Of a stretch of 64,000 nucleotides of DNA, positions 22,601 to 31,127 are shown piece after piece (the stretch's first letter is position 1; each line of letters starts with the position of its first letter). The notes beneath the pieces are model-generated. The model worked only from the letters and a program-made list of their open reading frames with translations. It was not told the origin of the DNA and did not search any database. This DNA comes from an uncultured Chloroflexia bacterium (lineage in GTDB: Bacteria > Chloroflexota > Limnocylindria > Limnocylindrales > CSP1-4): positions 41,750 to 105,749 of the forward strand of contig CAWELX010000001.1 in NCBI GenBank assembly GCA_963810065.1, in the 5' to 3' direction. The translations under genes and the position numbers were made by a program.

Positions 22601-23301
22601 CCGATGACCGCCACCAGCGCCAGCGCCAGCTCGTCGCCGGCGCGCGCCCGCGAGGCCTGCTGCTCGGCCTGGGCCGCCAGGCGCCGGACCTGCGGGCGCA
22701 GCTCGGCAAGGATGTCCTCGACGCGGGAGAGGTTGTCGGACGCCTCGGCAAGCTGCTCCTCGGCGCGCCGCCGCCGCCGTTCGTGCCGGCGGACCCCGGC
22801 CACCTCCTCGAAGAGCGGCCGGCGTTCCTCGGGGCGGAGCGCCAGCGCCTGGTCAACCATCCCCTGCCCGATGAAGAGGAAGGCGTTGTCGGCGAGGTGC
22901 GCCGAATCGAGCAGCTCGACGAGGTCGCGCAGGCGGACCCGCTGCCGATTGACCAGGTACTCGTTCTCGCCCGAGCGGAACAGGCGCCGGCCAACCTCCA
23001 CGACCGCGTAGTCGACCGGCACCAGGCCGTCGGCGTTGTCGAGGACGAGAGCGACGTCGGCCATCCCGAGCGCAGCCCTCCGTTCAGACCCCGCGAAGAC
23101 GACGTCCTCCGCGCGGCGGGAGCGCAGCGCGCGGCCCTGCTCCCCCAGGGCCCAGCGCAGCGCGTCGGCGAGATTGCTCTTGCCGGACCCGTTGGGCCCG
23201 ATGACCGCATTGATCCCGGGGACGAACTCGACGACGGTGCGCTCGGCGAAGGACTTGAACCCCTGGAGGCGCAGCGCCTGCAGCCGCGCCGGGCCGTTCA
23301 T
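19660..23301 (-). CDS. smc: Chromosome partition protein SMC
   Basis: GFKSF, GPNGSGKSN, coiled coils, LSGGE, LDEVDAALD, ITHN; ATGA overlap with rnc. Confidence 0.97.
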   Translation of the reverse strand: MNGPARLQALRLQGFKSFAERTVVEFVPGINAVIGPNGSGKSNLADALRWALGEQGRALRSRRAEDVVFAGSERRAALGMADVALVLDNADGLVPVDYAVVEVGRRLFRSGENEYLVNRQRVRLRDLVELLDSAHLADNAFLFIGQGMVDQALALRPEERRPLFEEVAGVRRHERRRRRAEEQLAEASDNLSRVEDILAELRPQVRRLAAQAEQQASRARAGDELALALVAVIGARWHAAARDSGAAETALAAARRKAASALETLQAAETRAAATAAELAAHVTVEEDCRARHETSRTALAALDLQAATATAEAASIARDRDRLAVERAAADAELADRRRELALPVPTQDPVLDGDLAEVDRLLAEARAEAGALRAASARRSEAESALRRAAAARAGELEGLRRRLAGAEESVSEATGALQRARDAASSSAAALDAAHAALATSRMEEEAARERREAARVALVEIEAARQGAAEAADAARSRRATLRGRVEALRARAAADEGRGIAPSARRAGGRALAADLEIDPVQRPLVAAALGELGRSFVVSQDALGQLAGQRGIVVLGDLGGSGAQHPGSAELDAARSRAARHGGGLLVDAVRADPGGTVRRLMARWAWAPSLGDAVDLAAGLPSGWRVAAREGGLVGADGIVTLGAPDVPLERRAELAAAEAELAEAEIAVAALADQRTAAEERAAAARRAAEVARRDEADAVGRRRGAEEQERQAGRAAEQVAREDAWAVARLASLEAERVPLRARLAALEAEAAPDMSAAGVPLPDGVAGALATWEARAAELAGRREALAATRAIRDAERRAAEGARARAEGAAQIAEERIRRADAESEALAQRHADLDAARTARDAARAEAAAREAAAREALAAVRAADLAGRDRLRVGEVEVAAAREGLRRADEVHRSAEVHELETRLSLDAVREQALVEFAGLGAVGLRVLDPGLDPASGEDDGAALAGALAAAGARWAASPPPGEVASPGRLASLRRRFHDLGASNPFAAEEHAQLRARVDGLEVQRVDLVGAIEKTRSLIAELDALITRQFRATFAALETAFDRRFQQLFGGGFARLSLTDPADLAQTGVEIVARPPGKKAQALAMLSGGERALTAVALLFAMLEVRPVPFCVLDEVDAALDEANVGRFVEALRGLAETTQFVVITHNRGTIEAADALYGVTVGEDAVSRVVSLRIEEARSMVARVRGTRDAGPAAPPPVD

Positions 23302-24071
23302 GGACGCGGCTCCGACGGAGGCGCCGTCGCGGAGGGCGCGTGGGACCGGCCCGGCGGCGTGATGCCGGATGCGGCGTGCGCTGCCGCCAGCGTCTCGAGC
23401 GCGGCCGCCGCCGCGGCAGTCTCGGCACTCCGCCGGGAGCCGCCGCCACCGGAGCCGACGACGTTGCCGGCCACGACGACCTCCACGGCGAAGCGCCGCT
23501 GGTGGTCGGGGCCCGTGACGTCCAGCAGGCGGTACTCGGGCCGCTCGCCGGAGCGTCGCTGGGTCAGCTCCTGGAGCCGGCTCTTGGGGCTCTTGAGCGA
23601 GCTCGGCGCGGCGTCCGCAGCCAGCTCGGGCCCGGCCAGGTCGGCCAGCCACAGCCGCGCGGCATCCCAGCCAAGGTCCAGGAAGATCGCGGCGACGACG
23701 GCCTCCAGTCCGGAGGCCAGCAACGCCGGGCGCGTGCGCCCGCCACGCTGCTCCTCTCCCTCGCCAAGCCGGAGGTAGCTTCCCAGGTCGATCCGGCGCG
23801 CCAGCCGAGCCAGCCCGGTCGTGCTGACGATCGCAGCGCGACGGGCGGAGAGCACGCCCTCGTCGTCGTCCGGGCGCCGGGCGTGCAGCGCCTCCGAGAT
23901 GACCAGGCTGACGACGGCGTCGCCCAGGAACTCGAGGCGCTCGTTGTTGCCGCTGGCCTCGTCGGGGTGCTCGTGCAGCCACGAGCCGTGCACCAGGGCA
24001 CGCTCGATCAGGGACGGGTCACGGAAGGTGAGCCCGAGCCGCTGGGCGAGCTCGGGCGCGGTGCGCGGAAT
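23298..24071 (-). CDS. rnc: Ribonuclease III (start uncertain, probably ATT)
   Basis: NERLEFLGDAV, dsRBD; LGLTFRDPSLIERALVH lies upstream of first GTG (23993). Confidence 0.95.
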   Translation of the reverse strand: MPRTAPELAQRLGLTFRDPSLIERALVHGSWLHEHPDEASGNNERLEFLGDAVVSLVISEALHARRPDDDEGVLSARRAAIVSTTGLARLARRIDLGSYLRLGEGEEQRGGRTRPALLASGLEAVVAAIFLDLGWDAARLWLADLAGPELAADAAPSSLKSPKSRLQELTQRRSGERPEYRLLDVTGPDHQRRFAVEVVVAGNVVGSGGGGSRRSAETAAAAAALETLAAAHAASGITPPGRSHAPSATAPPSEPRP

Positions 24072-24106
24072 GGGCGTTGCCTCCCCCGGACGTGACCGGG
24101 GCAGGG

Positions 24107-24343
24107 TCAGCTCGCGTGCTCGTCGATGTAGTCGGCAGCGTCCTGGACGGTGCGGATCTTCTCGGCTTCTTCGTCCGAGATCTCCATCCCGAACTCTTCC
24201 TCGAGGCTCATGATGAGCTCCACGAGGTCGAGCAAATCGGCATTGAGATCATCGACGAACGAGGCCTCCGGATTCACTTCGGCCTCATCGACGCCGAGCT
24301 GCTCGACGACGATCTTCTTCAGCCGCTCGTACGTGGTCGCCAC
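24107..24343 (-). CDS. acpP: Acyl carrier protein (active-site Ser replaced by Leu)
   Basis: [46 protein letters not shown]. Confidence 0.93.
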   Translation of the reverse strand: MATTYERLKKIVVEQLGVDEAEVNPEASFVDDLNADLLDLVELIMSLEEEFGMEISDEEAEKIRTVQDAADYIDEHAS

Positions 24344-24365
24344 TGGCTCCTTCCTCCCTGGGTGT

Positions 24366-24866
24366 TCATTCCTGTGCGTCGGGGACTGGTGCGCTGCGCG
24401 AGTCCGGGTGAGGCTCGACGGTCCCGCTGCCGGCATCCCGGGCCACGCGGCCGAGGACCCCGTTGACGAGGCGCCGTGCCGGGTCCCCTCCATAGACCCG
24501 CGCGAGCTCGACCCACTCGGCGATCGCCACCCGGGCCGGCGTCGCGGGCGAGTGTAGCACCTCGCAGATGCCGGCACGGAGGAGGACCCGGTCCATCCTG
24601 GCCAGGGTGACGACCGGGTACTGGGGTGCGGCGGACTCGATGCGGGCGTCGATCTGCTCGCGATGCTCCACGGCCGCCGTCACCAGCAGGCGCGCATAGC
24701 GTGCAGTCTCGGGATCGCCCTCGGTCTCGACGAGGTGCCGCTCCAGCACCGCCGCCGCGGTTCGCTGCCCGAACTCCGCCTCGAAGAGCGAGGCCAGGAC
24801 CAGCCGCCGCGCCGCGCGCCGCGAACGGACCAGGTCGCCGCCCGACGATCCCTCGCGACGACCCAC
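24366..24866 (-). CDS. nusB: Transcription antitermination factor NusB
   Basis: [29 protein letters not shown]. Confidence 0.93.
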   Translation of the reverse strand: MGRREGSSGGDLVRSRRAARRLVLASLFEAEFGQRTAAAVLERHLVETEGDPETARYARLLVTAAVEHREQIDARIESAAPQYPVVTLARMDRVLLRAGICEVLHSPATPARVAIAEWVELARVYGGDPARRLVNGVLGRVARDAGSGTVEPHPDSRSAPVPDAQE

Positions 24867-24868
24867 CC

Positions 24869-25183
24869 TCAGCCGCCGACGCCGTCGATGCGGATGGTCA
24901 CCTCGCCGAGCTGGAGCCCGAGCACCCGCTCGATCGCCGCGGCCACCGCGGTCCGGACCTCCTCGGCGAGCGCCGCCAGCGGCTGCCCCGGCCGGGCGAT
25001 GACCACGACGCGCGCCTCGACGACGCCGTCGCGCACGCGCACGACAACCGGACGCCCGACGAAGATGCGTCGCAGCGGTCCCCCGGCCCAGCCGACGCGC
25101 AGGACGCCCGGCACCTCCATGGCCGCAAGCCGGATGAGGTCCCGGATCACGGGGCGGCTGACGGCGAGCGACTGGCGGTTCAT
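24869..25183 (-). CDS. Asp23/Gls24 family protein (YqhY-like)
   Basis: VIRDLIRLAAMEVPGV...VERVLGL..VTIRIDGV; directly upstream of nusB. Confidence 0.85.
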   Translation of the reverse strand: MNRQSLAVSRPVIRDLIRLAAMEVPGVLRVGWAGGPLRRIFVGRPVVVRVRDGVVEARVVVIARPGQPLAALAEEVRTAVAAAIERVLGLQLGEVTIRIDGVGG

Positions 25184-26319
25184 CCCGCGGTCCCGCGAGG
25201 GGCCGCTGCGGGGGCCGCCACGCCCTCCGGGGTCGCCTCCGGAGCCGCTTCCGTGGCCGCCTCGCCGGCGCTCCCGCCGTCGCCGCCCTGGCCCGGGCGC
25301 CGGAAGGTGTCGCCGATCAGCTCCGGCAGGCGCGCGCGCGCCGACGCGGCGCCCACGCGAATGGCGTGCTTGACCATGCGTCGCTTCGCCCGGCCGTGGG
25401 TGATGACGACGGTGCCGCGGACCCCCAGCAACGGCGAACCGCCGAGGACCTCGTAGTCGAAGGTTCGGCGGATCCGGCCGATCCCCGGGCGCATGAGCAG
25501 GTAGGCGATCTTCCCGCGGAGGCCGGCGCGGAACTCTTCCGCCCACAGGTCGAAGATGAAGGTGGCCAGGCCCTCGAAGAACTTGATCGTCACGTTCCCG
25601 AGGACCGCGTCGCACACGACGACGTCGGCGGGGTGGCGGACGAGGTCCTTGCCCTCGACATTGCCGACGAAGTTCAGGCCGGTCCCGTCGAGGAGCTCCG
25701 TGGCCCGCTGGATCCGGGCATCGCCCTTGCCCTTCTCCTCGCCGATGGAGAGCAGCGCGACGCGGGGGCTCGCGACCCCGAGCGCCCGCTCCGCGAAGAG
25801 GGCTCCCATGTGGGCGTACTGGACCAGGTTCTCGGGTGTCGAGTCAGGGTTGGCGCCGATGTCGAGGAGGACAAGCGGCCCCGTCGCAGTCACCATCTGG
25901 ATCGCCAGCGCCGGGCGGTCGACGCCGGGCGCTCGACCCAGGCGCAGCACGGCCGCGGCCATCCCGGCGCCAGTGTGCCCCGCGGTGATCACGGCGTCGG
26001 CGCGTCCCCGCTTGACGAGCTCGCAGGCGACGAGGATCGAGGCGTCCTTCTTCTCGCGGAGCGCCATCGCCGGATGCTCGTGCATCTCGATGACCTGGGA
26101 GGCGGCCTGGATCGTCACGTTGGCCGGCAGCGGCGTCCCGGCGGCGGCGGTGATCCGCTCGGGGAGGCCGACCAGGATCACCTCGTCGGCGGGGTTCTCA
26201 GCGGCGTACAGGAGCGCGCCCGCGACGACCTCCTCGGGCGCGTGATCGCCGCCCATCGCGTCAACGGCGAGACGGACCCTCCGGTCATGCTCGATGCCCC
26301 GGACGGTCGCGAGATCCAT
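25180..26319 (-). CDS. plsX: Phosphate acyltransferase PlsX
   Basis: AVDAMGGDHAP, DRPAL, LDIGAN, FVGNVEG, PLLGV. Confidence 0.97.
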   Translation of the reverse strand: MDLATVRGIEHDRRVRLAVDAMGGDHAPEEVVAGALLYAAENPADEVILVGLPERITAAAGTPLPANVTIQAASQVIEMHEHPAMALREKKDASILVACELVKRGRADAVITAGHTGAGMAAAVLRLGRAPGVDRPALAIQMVTATGPLVLLDIGANPDSTPENLVQYAHMGALFAERALGVASPRVALLSIGEEKGKGDARIQRATELLDGTGLNFVGNVEGKDLVRHPADVVVCDAVLGNVTIKFFEGLATFIFDLWAEEFRAGLRGKIAYLLMRPGIGRIRRTFDYEVLGGSPLLGVRGTVVITHGRAKRRMVKHAIRVGAASARARLPELIGDTFRRPGQGGDGGSAGEAATEAAPEATPEGVAAPAAAPRGTAG

Positions 26320-26356
26320 CGAATGCGGTCGCTGGCGGCTCGGGGGAGCGCGGCGG

Positions 26357-26557
26357 TCAGGAGGCCGCCTCGCCGCCCTTCTTCTTGAGCGCGACGGCCG
26401 GCCGGCCCGCGTAGTAGCCGCAGCTCGGGCACGCGTGGTGCGAGCGCTTCATGGCGTGGCAGTGACTGCACTCGACCAGGCTGGGCAGGGTGAGCGCGAG
26501 ATGTGAGCGCCGGTCGCCCTGCCGGGCGTGCGAGACCTTCCGCTTCGGGAGACCCAT
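26357..26557 (-). CDS. rpmF: 50S ribosomal protein L32 (Zn-binding form)
   Basis: PKRKVS..R...RRSH, CxxC...CxxCGYY. Confidence 0.97.
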   Translation of the reverse strand: MGLPKRKVSHARQGDRRSHLALTLPSLVECSHCHAMKRSHHACPSCGYYAGRPAVALKKKGGEAAS

Positions 26558-26679
26558 CGGGGCTGCTGCTCCTGTCGTTGCTGGCGGTGCGGCGCGATCG
26601 CGCGAGACCGCCGGTTCGTCATGCGTGGGGCGTGGCGGCGCGGCGACGCCGTCGGGCCGAAGCCGGAGTCTAGCCGGTT

Positions 26680-27234
26680 TCAGCCCTCCTCGTCGACCGT
26701 GAAGTCCAGGAGCTTCGCGAGCCGGGGATCGACCGGCGCCTCATCGTGCTCGTGCATCCCCACGTTGAGATCCGCTCCGCACTCCGGGCACAGCCCGCGG
26801 CAGTCTGGACGGCACACGGGCGCGATCGGTGCTGCGAGCAGGACGGCCTCCCGGGCCAACGGCTCCAGGTCCAGCTCGTGGTGGTCGGAGAGGCGGAACG
26901 CGTCGGGCTCCGCGGTGACGTCGACGGCCGCCCCGGACTGCAGCTCGACGCTCGGCAGGATCTCCTCATCGATCGGCGCATCGATCGGGATCTCCAGTGC
27001 ACCAAGGCAGCGGCCACACGTGTCCGCCAGCGCGGTGTGGACGCGACCCGTGACGATGACGCCGCGGTTCGTGCGCGCGACCCGGACCCGGACGCCCAGC
27101 GGGACGGCCTGCCGCAGGTCCTCGCCCAGCTCGAGCCGGATCCCGTCAACCGCCACGTCGCGATGCGATCCCGGCCCCTCGCCGAGAAGCCCGGCGACGT
27201 TGACGACGAGGGCGTCCGCGGGGGACGTGGTCAT
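26680..27234 (-). CDS. yceD: YceD/DUF177 protein
   Basis: CGRCL, CRPDCRGLCPECG, DPRLAKL. Confidence 0.93.
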   Translation of the reverse strand: MTTSPADALVVNVAGLLGEGPGSHRDVAVDGIRLELGEDLRQAVPLGVRVRVARTNRGVIVTGRVHTALADTCGRCLGALEIPIDAPIDEEILPSVELQSGAAVDVTAEPDAFRLSDHHELDLEPLAREAVLLAAPIAPVCRPDCRGLCPECGADLNVGMHEHDEAPVDPRLAKLLDFTVDEEG

Positions 27235-27743
27235 CCCGCGACGGGCTCGGCGGGCTCCTGCTCGGGCTCGTCCGCCGTCGGCGGCGTCGCCTGGGGCTCG
27301 TCGCGAACGTGGAGGGTATCGATGCCACGCTCGATCTGGCCGAGAACCCGGGCCACCTCGGCTTCCAGGCCCAGCAGCACGTCGGCGGCGTACTCGTCGG
27401 CCCCGCGGCGCGTCGCGGCCGCGTCGGCATCCGCCTCGGCGATGATCCGCCGGCTCTCCGCCTGGGCGGCCTCGGTCAGTCCCTGCTCGTCGATGAGATA
27501 GGCCGCCTGCTCGTTGGCCCGCGCGAGGATCCGCTCGGCCTCCTGGCCGGCGCGCTCCAGGATGCGCTCCCCCTCGGCGTTGATCCGGCGCGCAGCCTGG
27601 ACCTCCTCCGGGACGGCGTGGCGCAGCTCGTCGATGAGCTCGAGAGCCGCCGGCTGGTCCACGATGACGTTGGAGGTCAGCGGCAGCTTCTTGCCGTTGG
27701 CGAGCATCCCCTCGAGGCGCTCGACGAAGAACATGATGTCGAT
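27231..27743 (-). CDS. Coiled-coil protein (DivIVA/ATPase subunit-like) downstream of coaD; start probably ATC
   Basis: (I)DIMFFVERLE..GKKLPL..LIDELRHAVPEEV; TATAAT at 27782-27787 and GAGGAGG SD. Confidence 0.85.
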   Translation of the reverse strand: MDIMFFVERLEGMLANGKKLPLTSNVIVDQPAALELIDELRHAVPEEVQAARRINAEGERILERAGQEAERILARANEQAAYLIDEQGLTEAAQAESRRIIAEADADAAATRRGADEYAADVLLGLEAEVARVLGQIERGIDTLHVRDEPQATPPTADEPEQEPAEPVAG

Positions 27744-27782
27744 GAGACGGGCCCTCCTCGGCGCCGGGCGGTTGTTGCCCGA

Positions 27783-28289
27783 TTATAGACGGGGGTCTTC
27801 CTCGCCGGACGCACGCAGGCGTGCCGCCACGCCCCGGGGAACCATCGCCGACACGTCGCCGCCGAAGCGGGCGATCTCCTTGACGAGGCTCGACGACAGG
27901 TAGCCGTACTCCAGTGCCGTCATGAAGAAGACCGTGTCGATCTCCGGCGCGAGGCGATGGTTCATGTGGGCCATCTGCAGCTCCGCCTCAAAGTCCGAGA
28001 TCGCGCGCAGGCCGCGCACGACGTGGCGCGCGCCGACCTTGCGGCAGGCGTCCACGGTGAGCCCGTCGAAGATCATGACCTCGACCCGGTCCAGCAGCTC
28101 GGGGACCAGCTCGGCGATCGCGTCGCGGATCGCCGACGCCCGGACCTCGGCCTCGCCGGCAGGTGCCTTCCGCGGGTTCACCAGGACGGCCACGACGACC
28201 CGGTCGAAGACCCCCGCGGCACGCTGCAGGACGTCGACGTGCCCGAGCGTGATCGGGTCGAACGACCCCGGGTAGACCGCGGTGCGCAT
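27783..28289 (-). CDS. coaD: Phosphopantetheine adenylyltransferase
   Basis: AVYPGSFDPITLGH, VRGLR, LSSSLVKEIA. Confidence 0.98.
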   Translation of the reverse strand: MRTAVYPGSFDPITLGHVDVLQRAAGVFDRVVVAVLVNPRKAPAGEAEVRASAIRDAIAELVPELLDRVEVMIFDGLTVDACRKVGARHVVRGLRAISDFEAELQMAHMNHRLAPEIDTVFFMTALEYGYLSSSLVKEIARFGGDVSAMVPRGVAARLRASGEEDPRL

Positions 28290-28300
28290 CCCGCCTCCGA

Positions 28301-28891
28301 TCAGTCCGTGCTTGCGGTGCCGCCGCCCTCGCGGCGGTAGAACGTGACCGCGGTCTCGCCGAAGCGGCGGACCCGCGTGGATCGTAGCAGCCCCGTCTCC
28401 ACGGGTGGGAGCTCGCGCCAATGAGCGGTCGCCACGACGGTCGCAGCGGGCCGCAGGGGCCCGTCGGCCGCGCCCAGGGCGGCGAGGATCGCGTCGCGCA
28501 GGCTCGCGTCCGCGTACGGCGGGTCTACGATCACCACGTCGAACGCCTCTCCCGCCGCCTCCAGATCGCGGATGGCGGCGAGGGCGTCGCGCCGGATGAC
28601 CCGGGCGGATGCCGCCAATCCGGTCCGCCGCAGGTTCTCGGCGATGACCCGGACGGCGCCCGCGTCGCGCTCCACGAGCACCGCGGCGGCCGCGCCCCGG
28701 GAAAGTGCCTCGATCGCGGCCGCACCGGTCCCGGCACACAGGTCCAGCACCGCTGCGCCGGGCAGGAGCGGCTCCAACGATCCGAAGACGGCCTGCTTCA
28801 TCCGGTCGGCGAGGGGTCGCGTGCCCGCGCCGGCCGCGGCGAGCTGGATTCCGCCCGCGCTCCCGGCGACGACGCGGCCCGCGCCAGCCAC
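28301..28891 (-). CDS. rsmD: 16S rRNA m2G966 methyltransferase
   Basis: RVVAG, TRP, DLCAGTG, IEALSRGA, DPPY. Confidence 0.95.
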   Translation of the reverse strand: MAGAGRVVAGSAGGIQLAAAGAGTRPLADRMKQAVFGSLEPLLPGAAVLDLCAGTGAAAIEALSRGAAAAVLVERDAGAVRVIAENLRRTGLAASARVIRRDALAAIRDLEAAGEAFDVVIVDPPYADASLRDAILAALGAADGPLRPAATVVATAHWRELPPVETGLLRSTRVRRFGETAVTFYRREGGGTASTD

Positions 28892-28895
28892 TCCC

Positions 28896-31118
28896 CTAGG
28901 CCCCGGACGCCGGGTCGCCGGCGAACACCCGGGCCAGCCACCCTTCGGTCAGCTCCACGGCCAGCGGCGCGCCGGCCCGGCGGAAGGCGCCCCGGGCGTC
29001 CAGCAGGGCCTCGGCGTGGCGCCGGGCGGCAACCGCCAGCTCGCGGTGGTCGGAGCGGGCCAGGGTGGCGACCCGGAGTCGTGGCAGCCCGCTCTGGGCG
29101 AGGCCAAGGACGTCCCCTTCGCGGCGAAGGGAGAAGTCGGTCTCCGCCAGCTCGAACCCGTCGGCTGTCCGGGCGATGGCGAGCAGGCGCCTGAGCGCGG
29201 TGGTCTCGCCCTCGGCGCCGGATGCCACGAGCTGGTCCGCCGCCGTTCGTTCACGCGGCACCGCGTCGTCCACCAGGGCGCAGAAGGACGCGGAGGTGCC
29301 GCGCCCGACGCGCCCCCGCAGCTGGTGGAGCTGCGCCAGCCCGAAGCGATCGGCACCCAGGATCACCATGACGGTAGCCTCCGGGACATCCACGCCCACC
29401 TCGACCACCGTCGTGCCCACCAGCACGTCGATCCCGCCGTCGCGGAACCTGGCCATCGCCTCGTCGCGCACCTGGGGCTTCATGTTGCCGTGGACGAGAC
29501 CCACCTCGAGTGGCGCCAGCAGCGCCGTCAGGCGGTCCTTCTCGGCCTCGGCACCGGCGACATCCTCCTCGCCGTCGCCGGCCTCGTCGATGTGGGGAAC
29601 CACGACGAAGGTGCGGTGCCCGGCGGCCGCCTCGGCGCGAACGCGATCCCAGAGGGGGCCGAGTGCATCCGGGTGCCGCAGGCGCGTGTCGATGACATGG
29701 CGCCCGGCGGGCACCGTGCGCAGGTCCGACACGTCCAGGTCGGCGTACAGCACCTGCCCCAGCGTGCGCGGGATCGGGGTGGCCGTCATCAGCAGGACGT
29801 GCGCCGCACCACCCGTCGTCTTGGCCTCCAGCGCGCCGCGCTGCTCCACCCCGAAGCGGTGCTGCTCGTCCACGACCACGAGCCCCAGGCGGGCGTAGCG
29901 GACCCGCTCGGAGAACAGGGCATGCGTCCCGACGACCACCGAGGCGCGCCCGTCCGCGATCGCATCGAGCGCCGTCGCCGCGCCGGGGCCCGAGAGCGAC
30001 CCCGTGAGCAGGGTGACCGGGATCCCGAGCGGCGCCAGGAGGTCGCCCAGGGTCGCGGCGTGCTGGCGGGCGAGGAGATCGGTCGGGGCGAGCAGGGCGC
30101 CCTGCACGCCGGCGTCGGCCGCGACGGCCAGGGCGTACGCGGCGACGGCCGTCTTCCCCGAGCCGACGTCGCCCTGCAGGAGCCGCAGCATGGGGTGCCG
30201 GTCCGCCAGGTCGCGGCGCACCGCGTCCATCGCCCCCTCCTGGTCGGGCGTGAGCGACACCGGGGCTCCGACGCGGACCGCGAGGGCGCCCGCGAGGGCG
30301 TCCCGGATCGCCCGGTCCCGGCCCCCGGGCAGCGCCACGCTGACGGCGGCCGCCACGGCGCGCTGGCGGCGCCGCGAGACCATCCCCACCTGCAGCGCCA
30401 GCAGCTCGTCGAACGCGAGGCGCCGCAGGGCCGCGTCGCGACGCGGGAAGTCGTCCGGGAAGTGCGCCTGCTCGATCGCGGTCGCGATCCCTTCCAGGCC
30501 CTCAGCTCCCAGCAGGTCCGCCGGGAGGTACTCGGGATAGCGCGGATAGCGGTCCAGCGCCGCGCGGATCGCCGCGCGCAGCGACTTGAGGGCGAGGCCG
30601 GCCGTGAGAGCGTACGTCGGGACGATCCGTCCCACGTGCACGAGGTCGCCGTCCGGGGCCTGGAAGGCCGGGTTGTCGATCAGCAGCCCGATGCCACGCT
30701 TCTTGAGCTTGCCCGAGAAGAGGTACTCCTCCCCGGGCGCAAGCCGCTTCTGGACGTACTGCCGGCCGTACCACTGGGCCTCGCCGGCGCCGGTGGCGTC
30801 CGCGAGCGTCGCGGTCACGACCTGCAGGTGGCGTCGCGCGGTGCGCCCTTCGCGGACGGCCAGAACGCGCGCCCGGACGCTCACGACCGTGCCCGGCTCC
30901 ACGAAGCGCAGGGACCCGAGGTCGTACACCGTTCGCAGGTCATCGTAGCGGCGAGGCAGCCACATGAGCAGGTCCCGGACCGTGCGCAGTCCGACCTTCC
31001 CGCCGGCGCGTCCCAGGGCCGCCGCGCCGGGAAGCCCGCTCGCGCGCAGCCCGGTCGCGAAGACATCCTCCGGGGGAGTGGCCGCTGCGGACGCCGTCCG
31101 GGTGCCCCTCGTCGCCAC
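28896..31118 (-). CDS. recG: ATP-dependent DNA helicase RecG
   Basis: RLLQGDVGSGKT, DEQHRFG, TATPIPRTL, QLRGRVGR. Confidence 0.97.
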   Translation of the reverse strand: MATRGTRTASAAATPPEDVFATGLRASGLPGAAALGRAGGKVGLRTVRDLLMWLPRRYDDLRTVYDLGSLRFVEPGTVVSVRARVLAVREGRTARRHLQVVTATLADATGAGEAQWYGRQYVQKRLAPGEEYLFSGKLKKRGIGLLIDNPAFQAPDGDLVHVGRIVPTYALTAGLALKSLRAAIRAALDRYPRYPEYLPADLLGAEGLEGIATAIEQAHFPDDFPRRDAALRRLAFDELLALQVGMVSRRRQRAVAAAVSVALPGGRDRAIRDALAGALAVRVGAPVSLTPDQEGAMDAVRRDLADRHPMLRLLQGDVGSGKTAVAAYALAVAADAGVQGALLAPTDLLARQHAATLGDLLAPLGIPVTLLTGSLSGPGAATALDAIADGRASVVVGTHALFSERVRYARLGLVVVDEQHRFGVEQRGALEAKTTGGAAHVLLMTATPIPRTLGQVLYADLDVSDLRTVPAGRHVIDTRLRHPDALGPLWDRVRAEAAAGHRTFVVVPHIDEAGDGEEDVAGAEAEKDRLTALLAPLEVGLVHGNMKPQVRDEAMARFRDGGIDVLVGTTVVEVGVDVPEATVMVILGADRFGLAQLHQLRGRVGRGTSASFCALVDDAVPRERTAADQLVASGAEGETTALRRLLAIARTADGFELAETDFSLRREGDVLGLAQSGLPRLRVATLARSDHRELAVAARRHAEALLDARGAFRRAGAPLAVELTEGWLARVFAGDPASGA

Positions 31119-31127
31119 GCCGCCCCC

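Noticed and set aside
26270-26319. Possible frameshift at plsX start (out-of-frame ATG ACC GGA GGG)
   Set aside because: An in-frame ATG at 26319 already gives a complete protein
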